This document shows positions 35,839-45,555 of a stretch of 64,000 bases of DNA, in pieces. The translations under genes were made by a program, and so were the position numbers. The stretch is taken from positions 981-64,980 of the forward strand of contig JAFWVV010000038.1 of assembly GCA_017518225.1 (NCBI GenBank). Reading direction: 5' to 3'. This DNA comes from Oscillospiraceae bacterium (GTDB lineage: Bacteria; Bacillota; Clostridia; Oscillospirales; Oscillospiraceae). Under the pieces are notes generated by a model, which saw only the letters and a list, made by a program, of their open reading frames with translations, made no database searches and was not told where the DNA came from. The first letter of the stretch is position 1; each line of letters starts with the position of its first letter.

Positions 35839-35866
35839 ATTATATCAGTTTTTTCCCGCCTGTCAA
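35839..35866 (-). promoter_or_regulatory. sigma-A-like promoter of the riboswitch-metK unit
   Basis: On the minus strand: TTGACA, 16-nt spacer, TATAAT. Confidence 0.65.
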
Positions 35867-35872
35867 GCGTTT

Positions 35873-36784
35873 TTAAATCAGCACGCTGACCACCAGCGGA
35901 ATCGTCAGCATGGACAGCGCGGTATCCAGCAAGATCGCTTCCGAGGAATACTCCACGTCGCGCCCATACTGGATGGCAAGAATACTGACCACGACGCCGC
36001 TGGGGCAGGCGCTCATGATAATCATGCCGGCGCGCAGCAGCGGATCGGCCGGGAGGAACAGAAACAGCAGCCAGGTCAGACCCGGAACAACCAGCAGCCG
36101 GAACAGCGCCACCAGATACAGATTCCCCTGCCGCAGCGCATCCGTCAGCTTTACGCGCCCGAGCGAGGAGCCGATCACGATCATCGACAGCGGCATCGTC
36201 GCGCCCGCCGCGCTGCCGATCAGCCCGCGAATGGCTGTGGGCACCGGGATACGCAGCATGAAGATCAACACACTGACAAAGGTTGCCATCAGCGGAACCG
36301 ACAACACGTTTTTCAGCCGCAGCCCGCCCTGCTCGCCCTTGTTCAAACGTAAAACGCCGTAGGTATAGAGAAACAGATTAAAGAAAATATTGGACAAAGC
36401 GATATAAAAAACCGCCTGCGATCCATAGAGCAGCTCCGCCACCGGCACACCGATGAACATCGAGTTCATAACGCCGATCAATAGCTCAAACAGCGGCGCC
36501 CGCTCCTTTTGGATCGGCAAGATCCGCACGACCAGCGCACCGACCAAATAGCCGATCAGCACGACCAAAAAGGTGATGAACAAAGCATAGAGCAAATCCT
36601 TTCCGCTCAGCGTTGGCGGATTGACGATGACCGCGTTCAGGATCGTCGCGGACATAAAGACGTTTAAGGTCAGCTTGCTCGCCGCGCGGGTAAACTCGGG
36701 GTTGAGCATGTTTTTGCGCGCGCCGACATAGCCGATCAGCATCAGCACGATAAAGACAAAAAATTTTTGTAATAAAGCTTCCAT
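35873..36784 (-). CDS. AEC (auxin efflux carrier) family transporter
   Basis: 303 aa with about 10 TM helices. MEALLQKFFVFIVLMLIGYVGARKNML N-terminus is typical of the AEC family. Confidence 0.75.
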   Translation of the reverse strand: MEALLQKFFVFIVLMLIGYVGARKNMLNPEFTRAASKLTLNVFMSATILNAVIVNPPTLSGKDLLYALFITFLVVLIGYLVGALVVRILPIQKERAPLFELLIGVMNSMFIGVPVAELLYGSQAVFYIALSNIFFNLFLYTYGVLRLNKGEQGGLRLKNVLSVPLMATFVSVLIFMLRIPVPTAIRGLIGSAAGATMPLSMIVIGSSLGRVKLTDALRQGNLYLVALFRLLVVPGLTWLLFLFLPADPLLRAGMIIMSACPSGVVVSILAIQYGRDVEYSSEAILLDTALSMLTIPLVVSVLI

Positions 36785-36793
36785 ATGCGTATC

Positions 36794-38227
36794 CTATATA
36801 TGCAGCAAAATTTTGGCGACGTAGATATAGATGAGAAGGCTCACCGCATCGGTCAGCGTGGAAATAAGGGGATTTGCCATCACCGCCGGGTCCAAGCCGA
36901 TTTTCTCCGCACCGATGGGAAGCAAACTGCCGACAAGCTTGGCAAACATGACAATGAACACAATCGAAAGGCTGACCGTCGCCGCGATCCAGACCGTGAC
37001 GGCTGCATTGCCGAGGATCCAGTGATCGAGCAGCAGCATCTTGCCGAAATTCACCAGAGAAAGCGTCAGTCCGCACAGCAGCGCCACACGCCATTCCTTC
37101 CAGATGATGCCCAAGGCGTTGCTCGGCTCAATATCGCCGAGTGACAGGCTTCGGATGACCGCCGTGGCCGACTGTGCGCCGGAGTTTCCACCCGTTCCCA
37201 TCAGCATCGGGATGAAGGCAACGAGCCCGGGCACGACTGCCAGCATATCCTCAAAGGAGGTCAAAATCATGCTCGTAAAGGTGGCCGAGAGCATCAAAAA
37301 CATCAGCCAGGGAATACGGTTTTTGTAGATTTCCAGAGGCTTTGTGCGGGAATACGGAGCATCGGAGGGCAGCATACCGGCCATCTTTTCGATGTCCTCG
37401 GTGGCCTCCTGTTCCATAACGTCCATGACGTCGTCGACGGTGACAATGCCGACGAGACGGCCTTCCTTGTCCACCACGGGCATCGCCATCAGGTCGTAGT
37501 CGGAGAACTTGTCCGAAACGCTCTCTTGATCCTCCGTCGTGGAGGCAAAGACCACGTTTCGATCCATCAGCTCCTCGATCACGGTGTCGGGATCCGCCAG
37601 CAGCAGATCCTTGACCGTAACAACGCCCTCCAGCTTGCGATCCGCCGAGGTCACGAAGCAGATATAGATCGTCTCCTTGTCTTCGCCGATGCGGCGGATG
37701 CGGGCAAAGGACTCCTTGACGTTCATGTACTTCTTCAGATCCACGTACTCGGAGGTCATGATGCTGCCGGCAGAATACTCCGGATAGTGGAGATACTGGT
37801 TGATGATCGCCCGCGTTTCGGGCGTCGCCGTGCGCATCAGACGCTTGACCACGTTGGCAGGCATCTCTTCCATCATGTCCACCGCGTCGTCAACGTACAT
37901 CTCCTCGATGATTCCGGCCAGTTCCGAATCGGTCATGGAGTTGATGATGAGCTCCTGCTCAGGCGGCTCAAAGTTGGCAAAAACCTCCGCCGCCGTCTCC
38001 TTCGACAGCAGACGAAAGACCATTGGCATCCGCTTGTCGCCGATCTCCGTCAAAAACGCGGCGACGTCAAACTCGTTCATCTCCTCCATGCGCTGCTTGA
38101 GCTGCTTCATGTTCTTTTCATCCAGCAGCGCCATGAGCTCGTCGTTTTTCTTTTCCTGCAGTGTTTCGTAATCCATGGTTTCGAGGTTTTCCAGTTCATC
38201 CACGATATCACACCCCTCTCCTGCCAT
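36794..38227 (-). CDS. mgtE: magnesium transporter MgtE
   Basis: N-domain, tandem CBS domains and a 5-TM C-terminal domain with GTGGNSGAQSATAVIRSL. The start is uncertain: TTG 38236, ATG 38227 or GTG 38203. It begins directly after the ahcY stop. Confidence 0.9.
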   Translation of the reverse strand: MAGEGCDIVDELENLETMDYETLQEKKNDELMALLDEKNMKQLKQRMEEMNEFDVAAFLTEIGDKRMPMVFRLLSKETAAEVFANFEPPEQELIINSMTDSELAGIIEEMYVDDAVDMMEEMPANVVKRLMRTATPETRAIINQYLHYPEYSAGSIMTSEYVDLKKYMNVKESFARIRRIGEDKETIYICFVTSADRKLEGVVTVKDLLLADPDTVIEELMDRNVVFASTTEDQESVSDKFSDYDLMAMPVVDKEGRLVGIVTVDDVMDVMEQEATEDIEKMAGMLPSDAPYSRTKPLEIYKNRIPWLMFLMLSATFTSMILTSFEDMLAVVPGLVAFIPMLMGTGGNSGAQSATAVIRSLSLGDIEPSNALGIIWKEWRVALLCGLTLSLVNFGKMLLLDHWILGNAAVTVWIAATVSLSIVFIVMFAKLVGSLLPIGAEKIGLDPAVMANPLISTLTDAVSLLIYIYVAKILLHI

Positions 38228-38236
38228 CGTTTTCAA

Positions 38237-39472
38237 TCAGATACCGAGATACTCCTCCTGCTCGGCGCTCAAGCGGTCAATCTTTACGCCCATAGCCTTC
38301 AGCTTACGGCGCGCGATCGCGTCGTCCAGCTCGCGCGGAAACGAGAGTACGTCCGCCTTCATCTGTCCGCGGTGCTTCACCAGATATTCCGCACTGATCG
38401 CCTGCACGGCAAAGCTCATATCCATGATCTCCGCAGGATGTCCGTCGCCGGCGGCCAGATTGACCAGCCGCCCCTCGGCAATGGTATAAAGCGTCTTCCC
38501 GTTCGGCAGCACAAAGCCCTGAATGTTGTGCCGCGCCTCGTATTCTCTGACCGCCATCGCGCGCAGCGCAGCCATATCGACCTCCACGTCGAAATGTCCG
38601 GCGTTTGTGAGGATTGCGCCGTCCTTCATGGTTTCAAAATGCTCGGCCGTGATTACACCGGCGCAGCCCGTCACCGTGACGAAGATATCGCCGCAGCGCG
38701 CCGCGTCCTTCATCGGCATAACCTCATAGCCATCCATCACTGCCTCAAGCGCGCGCACCGCGTCGGTCTCGGTAACGATGACCTTGGCGCCGAGACCCTT
38801 GGCGCGCAGCGCCACACCCTTGCCGCACCAGCCGTAGCCGGAGACAACGACGGACTTGCCGGCGACGATCAGATTGGTCGTGCGGTTGATACCGTCCCAG
38901 ACGCTCTGTCCGGTGCCGTAGCGGTTGTCGAACAGATGCTTGCAGTCAGCCTCGTTGACCATCATCATCGGAAAACGCAGCCTTCCCTCCCGCGCCATCG
39001 CTTTCAGACGGTGGATACCGGTGGTCGTCTCTTCGCAGCCGCCGATCACCCGGGGGATAAGCTCGGTGTACTTCGTGTGCATCAGGTGGACAAGGTCTCC
39101 TCCGTCGTCAATGATAATTTGCGGCCCCGCCTCCAGCACGGCACACAGGCACTGCTCATATTCCTCCATGCTGCAGCCGTGTCTGGCAAAGACCTCCATC
39201 CCGCCGGAAGCCAGCGCCGCCGCAACGTCGTCCTGCGTGGACAAGGGATTGGAGCCGGTGACAAACATCTGCGCACCGCCCATCTCCATCACGCGGCAGA
39301 GATAGGCCGTTTTCGCCTCCAGATGCACGGAAAGCGCCACCTTCAGCCCCTCAAAGGGACGGCTGCGGCGAAAATCCTCCCCAATGCCGCGCAAAACCGG
39401 CATATGGCGTTCCACCCACTGGATTTTGACCTCGCCGGACGGAGCGAGAGAGAGATCACGAATCAAGCTCAT
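38237..39472 (-). CDS. ahcY: adenosylhomocysteinase
   Basis: GCAGVITAEHFETMKDGAILTNAGHFDVE, the NAD motif VVSGYGWCGKG and HPAEIMDMSFA. Start at Met23 of the track ORF (CAGGAGG SD). Confidence 0.93.
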   Translation of the reverse strand: MSLIRDLSLAPSGEVKIQWVERHMPVLRGIGEDFRRSRPFEGLKVALSVHLEAKTAYLCRVMEMGGAQMFVTGSNPLSTQDDVAAALASGGMEVFARHGCSMEEYEQCLCAVLEAGPQIIIDDGGDLVHLMHTKYTELIPRVIGGCEETTTGIHRLKAMAREGRLRFPMMMVNEADCKHLFDNRYGTGQSVWDGINRTTNLIVAGKSVVVSGYGWCGKGVALRAKGLGAKVIVTETDAVRALEAVMDGYEVMPMKDAARCGDIFVTVTGCAGVITAEHFETMKDGAILTNAGHFDVEVDMAALRAMAVREYEARHNIQGFVLPNGKTLYTIAEGRLVNLAAGDGHPAEIMDMSFAVQAISAEYLVKHRGQMKADVLSFPRELDDAIARRKLKAMGVKIDRLSAEQEEYLGI

Positions 39473-39636
39473 GCTGCTGCCTCCTGTCGATGTTTTCTTT
39501 AACTTTTGTATTTTATCATGCCTTTTTCCGCAAAGCAAGACACGCCTTAATCTTTCTTTATTTTTACTCTTTTCTCTTGCGAATCATGGATACTTTTGTT
39601 ATATTAAGTAAGTTATCACAAAAATGGAGGACAACC

Positions 39637-40749
39637 ATGCCGACTTATGACCCCATACCGGAATCCACGCCGCGCCCGCGCAAACGCAAGCGTAAGCTCA
39701 CACCCTTTCAGCGTTTTATCCGTTTTACGCAACGCTTTTTCACGGTGTTTTCGCTGACGCTGTTGATTGCGGTCGTTTTTCTGTTTGCTGTGTGCTTCGT
39801 TTTGACCCACGGCCCCTCGGAAAACGCTCGCAACCTCTTTGTCCATTCCATGAAGGAAACAAGCGCAATGAAGTTTCTGCCGCACTGGTTTCTGTCTTCA
39901 CAGACCATTGACGAAATCATGAACCCTTCAGAGGAATCACGCGGTACGGATTCCTATCAGGAACTGCGCTTTGAGCCGGCCGACGGCGAAGCCACGGAGG
40001 AGCCGGAAGCCACGCCCATCGTTCATATCGACGACAACACGACGACAGACGACATTGAGATCATCGACATTCGCAAGTCCACCTTTAAGGGAAAGATGAT
40101 GATCGTTCACGATCCCGCCCGCGTCATTGTCGGCACACTGGACAGCTATGGCAGAAGCGGTCTGCAGTTGAGTGAGTTTGTGGAAAAATACAACGCCGTC
40201 GGCGGCACGAACGCCGGCGCCTTTGAGGATGCCGGCGGCGGCGGCAACGGCGGTACGCCGGACGGCCTTGTTATCAAGGACGGACGCATCCACTACGGAA
40301 AAGCGAGCGATTACTACGTGGACGTCATCGGCTTTGACCAGAATCATATTCTGCACGTCGGCAACATGACCGGTCAGCAGGCTCTCGATCTCGGCATGGT
40401 CACAGCCGTCAGCTTTCCCTGGGGTCCGGTGCTGATTAAGGACGGCGTCAAGCTGGAAAATCTCGGCGGCGGCATCAATCCGCGCACCTGCATCGGCCAG
40501 CGTGCCGACGGCGCGGTACTCCTTCTCGTTGTCGAAGGACGTCATGCCGACAGTCTGGGCGCCACCTACGACGATCTGGCAAACCTTCTGTTTGAGTACG
40601 GCGCAGTCAATGCCGGCAATCTGGATGGCGGCTCCTCCTCCATCATGATCTACGAAGGCGAACAGATTACCCGCAACTCTAATCTGGTGACCGGCTCCCG
40701 CCCGATGTGCACCTGTATTCTTGTGTTGGAAGAGGGGGTGGATCGCTAA
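39637..40749 (+). CDS. phosphodiester glycosidase family protein (DUF2233-like), membrane-anchored
   Basis: N-terminal basic tail plus TM helix. C-terminal NLDGGSSSIM motif and GINPRTCIGQRADG block. Start at ATG 39637 after TGGAGG. Confidence 0.7.
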   Translation: MPTYDPIPESTPRPRKRKRKLTPFQRFIRFTQRFFTVFSLTLLIAVVFLFAVCFVLTHGPSENARNLFVHSMKETSAMKFLPHWFLSSQTIDEIMNPSEESRGTDSYQELRFEPADGEATEEPEATPIVHIDDNTTTDDIEIIDIRKSTFKGKMMIVHDPARVIVGTLDSYGRSGLQLSEFVEKYNAVGGTNAGAFEDAGGGGNGGTPDGLVIKDGRIHYGKASDYYVDVIGFDQNHILHVGNMTGQQALDLGMVTAVSFPWGPVLIKDGVKLENLGGGINPRTCIGQRADGAVLLLVVEGRHADSLGATYDDLANLLFEYGAVNAGNLDGGSSSIMIYEGEQITRNSNLVTGSRPMCTCILVLEEGVDR

Positions 40750-41879
40750 TGGCGCAAAAAAAGAAAAAGAAGTATAAACTCGGAAAGAAATTCCACCGCC
40801 GTTTGCGCGTTTATCTTGTTCTTCTCCTTGCCGTTTGCGTCGGCGCTCTGTACCTGCTGTGGACCAAACTGGATGATTATCAGCAGAATCTGAATCGCGA
40901 AGCGGAAGAGAAAGCGCGCATAGAGGCGCAGAAAGCACTGGATGAGGCGGAGCAGCGCGCCCCGCAGCTTGCTTTCGAGGCCTTTCTCCAATCGACCGAC
41001 GCCGATTACTGGACGGAGCAATGGTTTGCCTGCCACCCGGAGAGCTATGACGATCCGGCGCAGGTACGGGAGCTTCTTGCCCGGCGCTTCGACAAGGACG
41101 GCTATCAGGCATGGAAGGCCAGCGATTTCACCGTTGAGCATCCCCGCTACGTGCTGAAGGACGGCGGAGAGGCTTTGGCCCACGTCGAACTGTCCGGCTC
41201 CGGAATGAACTGGACGGTCAGCGACGTTAGCGTCCATCTGGACGGCACGCATGAGGGCACGATCAAGGCGCCCGAGGGCTATACCATCCGCTGCAACGGC
41301 AGGCTCTTTGAGCAGGGCTCTGTTGAGAAGGAGCAAAAGCTCTTTGATATGGCAGATTATGCCGACGAGATCGTCGACCCCATCACCTGGAACACCTATA
41401 CGGTCAGCCATCAGCTCTTTGATCCGAAGCTGGAGGCGGAAGCGCCCGAGGATATTCTGACAAAGACCGATGAGGACGGCGTCGTGTACTATATTCTCGG
41501 CGACGAGGAGGCCTCCTATTACCAGAAAAAAGCGGAGAATTTCATCTATGACCTGCTCCGCTACTATATGATGGGCAATTACAACACCTATAACAACATG
41601 CGCGACGTTCTCAACCACGTTGCCGCCGACTCGCAGGCCCGCAAGCTGATCAACGATTCCTACGACGGCGTCTCCTGGGATCCCTGCAACGCCAACGTCA
41701 GCTATGACGCCAAGCCCGGCGATGCGCGTGTGCTGGCCTCCAACTGTCTGCTGGTCGAGGTCGCCTACCATGCCGAAGGCATTGCCAACGGCAATCAGAA
41801 CATTGCCGACGGCACCTATCGCGTATATTTCCTGGATCGCGGCAACGGCATGCAAATCTTCGGTTTAGCTTATAAATAA
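40749..41879 (+). CDS. hypothetical membrane-anchored protein (376 aa)
   Basis: MAQKKKKKYKLGKKFHRR followed by a TM helix. TAATG overlap with the upstream gene. No family recognised. Confidence 0.6.
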   Translation: MAQKKKKKYKLGKKFHRRLRVYLVLLLAVCVGALYLLWTKLDDYQQNLNREAEEKARIEAQKALDEAEQRAPQLAFEAFLQSTDADYWTEQWFACHPESYDDPAQVRELLARRFDKDGYQAWKASDFTVEHPRYVLKDGGEALAHVELSGSGMNWTVSDVSVHLDGTHEGTIKAPEGYTIRCNGRLFEQGSVEKEQKLFDMADYADEIVDPITWNTYTVSHQLFDPKLEAEAPEDILTKTDEDGVVYYILGDEEASYYQKKAENFIYDLLRYYMMGNYNTYNNMRDVLNHVAADSQARKLINDSYDGVSWDPCNANVSYDAKPGDARVLASNCLLVEVAYHAEGIANGNQNIADGTYRVYFLDRGNGMQIFGLAYK

Positions 41880-41898
41880 GAAAGGATTATTCCCGATC

Positions 41899-42783
41899 AT
41901 GTCCGATTATATCATCGCCACCTCCTCCACCTCCGACCTGCCGAGAAGCTATCTTGAGGCGCACGGCCTCCCCTTTATCCCCTACAGCTACACCGTCGGG
42001 GATACCCTGTGCGAGGACGACTGCCGCGAGGAGAGCCGCCAGGCCGTTTATGAGGGCATGCGCCGCGGCGATCGCCTGAAGACCTCGATGATCAACGAGT
42101 TCGTCTACTACGATTTCTTCAAGAGTCTGCTGGATACCGGCAAGGATCTCATTTTCCTTGACATGAGCCAGAAAATGTCCGTCTCGTTTGTCAACGCCAA
42201 CAAGGCCGCAGAGACCATCCGCGCCGAGTACCCGGATCGACGCCTGTACCTGATGGATACGCGCTGCATCTCCGGCGGCCTCGGTCTGCTGGTTGACCGC
42301 ATGGTGCGCATGAAGGAGTCCGGTAAGAGCTTTGACGAGGTCGTCGCGTGGGGCGAAGAGAACAAACTGAAAATCGCCCACCGCTTTACGGTGGACGATC
42401 TGAACTACCTCAAGGCCGGCGGCCGCGTCTCGAACGCCGCCGCACTGGTCGGCTCGATGCTGAACATCAAGCCCGTACTCTACGTGCCCGACGCCGGTAC
42501 GCTGGACGTTGCGAAGAAGGTACGCGGGCGCAAGGCGGCGCTGGGCGCGATCCTCAGCGGCGTGATGAACGACTTGAGCAAGATGGATGCGACGGGCACG
42601 GAATTTCACATTCTGCACGCCGACTGCCTTGCCGACGCGCAGTTTGTCCGCGACGAGATCAAAAAGGCCTATCCGCAGGTCGGCGAGATTACGATCACCA
42701 GTCTCGGCGTCGTCATCGGCGCCCACTGCGGCCCCGGGCTGCTGACAATCTTCTATCTCTGCGACGGCAGACAGCCGGAATAA
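41899..42783 (+). CDS. DegV family fatty-acid-binding protein
   Basis: IIATSSTSDLP..., 294 aa, with a typical DegV layout. Confidence 0.85.
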   Translation: MSDYIIATSSTSDLPRSYLEAHGLPFIPYSYTVGDTLCEDDCREESRQAVYEGMRRGDRLKTSMINEFVYYDFFKSLLDTGKDLIFLDMSQKMSVSFVNANKAAETIRAEYPDRRLYLMDTRCISGGLGLLVDRMVRMKESGKSFDEVVAWGEENKLKIAHRFTVDDLNYLKAGGRVSNAAALVGSMLNIKPVLYVPDAGTLDVAKKVRGRKAALGAILSGVMNDLSKMDATGTEFHILHADCLADAQFVRDEIKKAYPQVGEITITSLGVVIGAHCGPGLLTIFYLCDGRQPE

Positions 42784-42834
42784 GACACAACAAAACCGCC
42801 CTTGGATATCGAGCAGATATCCAAGGGCGGTTTG

Positions 42835-43695
42835 TCACATCGTCATCATCGTTTTGGCTGTTGCCACATTCAATTTTCGCCATTTGATCACGATAGCGAT
42901 TAAAAACGGCAGCATCATGACAAGCGGGACGACAAAAGCCTGCAGAAAGATTCCCACGCCTGTTTCCGCCGTGGATGCGGCATTGCTCTGAAATGCCGCG
43001 GGAGACAACAGGCTGTACAACACAAAAGTTGCGCCGTCGATCAAGGCGTGGATGATCACGATCGACCACATGCTTTTGGACTGCACATAGACCAGCGCAA
43101 AAAACACACCGATCACGATCGCATTCAGGATCTGCGCTATGGTTTGCAGGATCGACGCCAAATCATATCCGGGCAAATTGACAAGATGCATCACGCCAAA
43201 CAGAACAGACGACCACAGGATTGATCGTTTGACCCCTGAACTCGTATCTCCAAAACGTCTTTTGAAGTTTCGAAAGGCAAAGCCACGACACAAAACTTCC
43301 TCAAACAGCCCCGTTGTAAAGGCGATGAACAGGCAAGCCAGCAAATAGGAGAAATCCGGCTTTTGCGCGTATTGCTTATTGCCCAGGAAGTTGACCAAAA
43401 ACATTCCCAGCGCGAAGACCAGTCCCACCAAGCCCGCATAGAAACCGCCGGGGATTCTCTTGCCGGAAAACTCTTTGCCATCCAAAATACCGATCCTGCG
43501 CGTAATCGCGAGCAGCGCCAGAGACAAAATCAACTGCGCTGAGGCATTGATCCAGCAGTAGCATTCAAATTCACGACGAGCCAGCTGCTCGGATAAAAGC
43601 CGGGCCGTTGACAGCGAGACCGCCCCGAGCAGAACGAAAAACAGGATCACAATGCCGATGGTAAACGCCTTGCTGTCTGATCTGATTTTTTTCAA
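42835..43695 (-). CDS. CPBP (CAAX/Abi) family intramembrane glutamic endopeptidase
   Basis: Motifs FEEVLCRGF, FGVMHL and HALID. I prefer TTG 43695 (SD GAAGGGAG, 6-nt spacer, giving MKKIRSDSK...) over the track ATG 43728, which has no usable SD and overlaps the HTH gene. Confidence 0.8.
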   Translation of the reverse strand: MKKIRSDSKAFTIGIVILFFVLLGAVSLSTARLLSEQLARREFECYCWINASAQLILSLALLAITRRIGILDGKEFSGKRIPGGFYAGLVGLVFALGMFLVNFLGNKQYAQKPDFSYLLACLFIAFTTGLFEEVLCRGFAFRNFKRRFGDTSSGVKRSILWSSVLFGVMHLVNLPGYDLASILQTIAQILNAIVIGVFFALVYVQSKSMWSIVIIHALIDGATFVLYSLLSPAAFQSNAASTAETGVGIFLQAFVVPLVMMLPFLIAIVIKWRKLNVATAKTMMTM

Positions 43696-43699
43696 AATT

Positions 43700-43924
43700 T
43701 TACTCCCTTCTATCTCTGTCGGAAACATACTCCAAAATATCCCCCGGCTGGCAGTGCAGCGCCTCGCAGATCGCCTCCAGTGTGGAGAAGCGGATCGCGC
43801 TGATTTTCCCGGTTTTCATTTTGGAGAGATTGACGTTCGAGACGCCGACCTTTTCCGAAAGCTCCTTCAGGCTCATCTTCCTGTCAGCCATAACGCGGTC
43901 GAGCCGCAGAATGATCTGTCCCAT
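43700..43924 (-). CDS. small XRE-family HTH regulator (YozG-like)
   Basis: 74 aa: RKMSLKELSEKVGVSNVNLSKMKTGK...TLEAICEALHCQPGDILEY. GAGGAGG SD. Confidence 0.85.
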   Translation of the reverse strand: MGQIILRLDRVMADRKMSLKELSEKVGVSNVNLSKMKTGKISAIRFSTLEAICEALHCQPGDILEYVSDRDRRE

Positions 43925-43937
43925 TCGATTTTCCTCC

Positions 43938-44540
43938 TCACAAGGTCTCGTCGGACTCGCGCTGCAGCTCTTCCCCGTAGCGGAAAATATAAGACATCAA
44001 AAACAGCGCCATCGCCAGCAGAACAAAGCCGAGTTCCAAGTGCACGTTCACGTGGACGCTCTTCACCATGCCCTCCTTGAAAAGCGCAAGCAGTCCATAG
44101 CTTTTGATCAGCAGCGCGCTCGCCACACCGTCCACCACCTGATACAGCAGACCGCCGGCGAAGGTGAGGATAGCCATCGTGCGTAGTCCCCTGGAAACAA
44201 CGCCCTCAAAGGGACGCCCCTCCCGGATGACGGCAAACATGCCGGTGAGCACATAGGCGCCATAGCACAAAAAAGCACAGATCATTGCAGACGCCCCCAG
44301 CCCGATCGCAAGCCGGCTCCGTAAATTCTCCGGCGCGGGCAGCGCGCTTTCCGCCAGTTCAAGCTCCACCTTACCGAATTGCAGCGTACTGACATTGCTG
44401 AGAAAGCCCTCGTCTTTGACGAACAGAACCAGCAGCGCAAAGATCGCCAGCACGATCACCGCAGCGGCTAATATTTTGTAGCTCGTCTTGCTGACGGTGT
44501 GCAGCAGCTTTGCCCGTTTTATCATTTCTTCCCTGTTCAT
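43938..44540 (-). CDS. DUF2975-like membrane protein
   Basis: 200 aa with 4-5 TM helices, immediately upstream of a YozG-like HTH (the usual DUF2975 pairing). AAAGGAG SD. Confidence 0.55.
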   Translation of the reverse strand: MNREEMIKRAKLLHTVSKTSYKILAAAVIVLAIFALLVLFVKDEGFLSNVSTLQFGKVELELAESALPAPENLRSRLAIGLGASAMICAFLCYGAYVLTGMFAVIREGRPFEGVVSRGLRTMAILTFAGGLLYQVVDGVASALLIKSYGLLALFKEGMVKSVHVNVHLELGFVLLAMALFLMSYIFRYGEELQRESDETL

Positions 44541-44591
44541 GGTGGTCTCCTTTCGTTTTGCGAAACATATTTATCGTTTATCGCTAAGCAC

Positions 44592-44620
44592 ATGATACAT
44601 CAGCAACAATCGTTTGTCAA
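44592..44620 (-). promoter_or_regulatory. sigma-A-like promoter of the DUF2975-HTH-CPBP operon
   Basis: On the minus strand: TTGACA, 17-nt spacer, TATCAT. Confidence 0.6.
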
Positions 44621-44736
44621 TAGTTTTTTAATGTTTTTCATAAATTATTTTTCGTTTTCTTATATAGTGAAGTGAAAAAACGAGGGTGCGCAGACCTGCA
44701 CACTCTCGTTTGATCGTCTGATTCGATCTGATTTGA

Positions 44737-45429
44737 TCAGCTTTCGCTGCCGCTGACCTCGAATTTGTAGCCGACGCCCCAGACGGTTTTCAGACACCAC
44801 TGCTCGGAAACGCCCTCTAACTTTTCGCGCAGACGCTTGATATGCACGTCCACCGTGCGCGAGTCGCCGAAATAGTCAAAGCCCCAGACCTCGTCCAGAA
44901 GCTGGTTGCGGGTAAAGACCCGATTGGGCGAGGAGGCGAGGTGGAACAGCAGCTCCATCTCCTTGGGCGGCGTATCGACGCGCTTGCCGTCCACGATCAG
45001 CTCGTAGGAATCGAGGTTGATCGTCAGCTTGTCGAAGCTGAGCTTTTTCTCCATCGGCGCGTCGCCGTCCTTGCGGCGCAGCACCGCGTGGACACGGGCG
45101 ATCAGCTCCTTGACGTCGAAGGGCTTGGTCACGTAGTCGTCCGCGCCCATCTCCAGGCCGCTGACCTTGTCATTGGTCTCCCCTTTCGCCGTGAGCATAA
45201 TGATCGGCGTGGAGGATTTTTTTCGGATATCGCGGCAAATCTGCCAGCCGTCCTTGCCCGGGAGCATGATATCCAGCAGCACCACGTCCGGCGTAAAGAG
45301 ATCAAAGGTCGCCTCGGCCTTGTTGCCGTCGGCGGTGATCATGACCTCGAAGCCGTCCTTCCCCAGATACAGACGAAGCAGCTCGGCAATATTGCTGTCG
45401 TCCTCGATGACAAGCGCTCGTTTACTCAT
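44737..45429 (-). CDS. OmpR-family response regulator (no adjacent kinase)
   Basis: Receiver domain (ALVIEDD...DVVLLDIMLPGKDG) plus a winged-helix output domain (TVDVHIKRLREKL...VWGVGYKF). Confidence 0.9.
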   Translation of the reverse strand: MSKRALVIEDDSNIAELLRLYLGKDGFEVMITADGNKAEATFDLFTPDVVLLDIMLPGKDGWQICRDIRKKSSTPIIMLTAKGETNDKVSGLEMGADDYVTKPFDVKELIARVHAVLRRKDGDAPMEKKLSFDKLTINLDSYELIVDGKRVDTPPKEMELLFHLASSPNRVFTRNQLLDEVWGFDYFGDSRTVDVHIKRLREKLEGVSEQWCLKTVWGVGYKFEVSGSES

Positions 45430-45555
45430 CGATAAGCTCCCCTTTCGCTCTGTTTTAAACTATTATACACCGCGCCCGTGGAAGCAAAGGTTAAAAAACT
45501 GTAAAAACGGAGGCAGCGCCCGTTAATCGCCACGCCTTTCCTCCGCTTTTCCGCT

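Noticed and set aside
38228-38300. Looked for an M-box (Mg2+) riboswitch or any leader upstream of mgtE
   Set aside because: There is no leader. mgtE begins immediately after the ahcY stop codon, so it is co-transcribed with ahcY, and the ahcY leader (39473-39560) shows only a promoter (TTGCTT-17-TAAAAT) with no conserved riboswitch blocks.
37526-39502. 658-aa plus-strand ORF, and the 202-aa minus ORF 36486-37094
   Set aside because: They are antisense or out of frame to mgtE/ahcY and to AEC/mgtE, have no SD and show low-complexity composition. The annotated genes explain the region.
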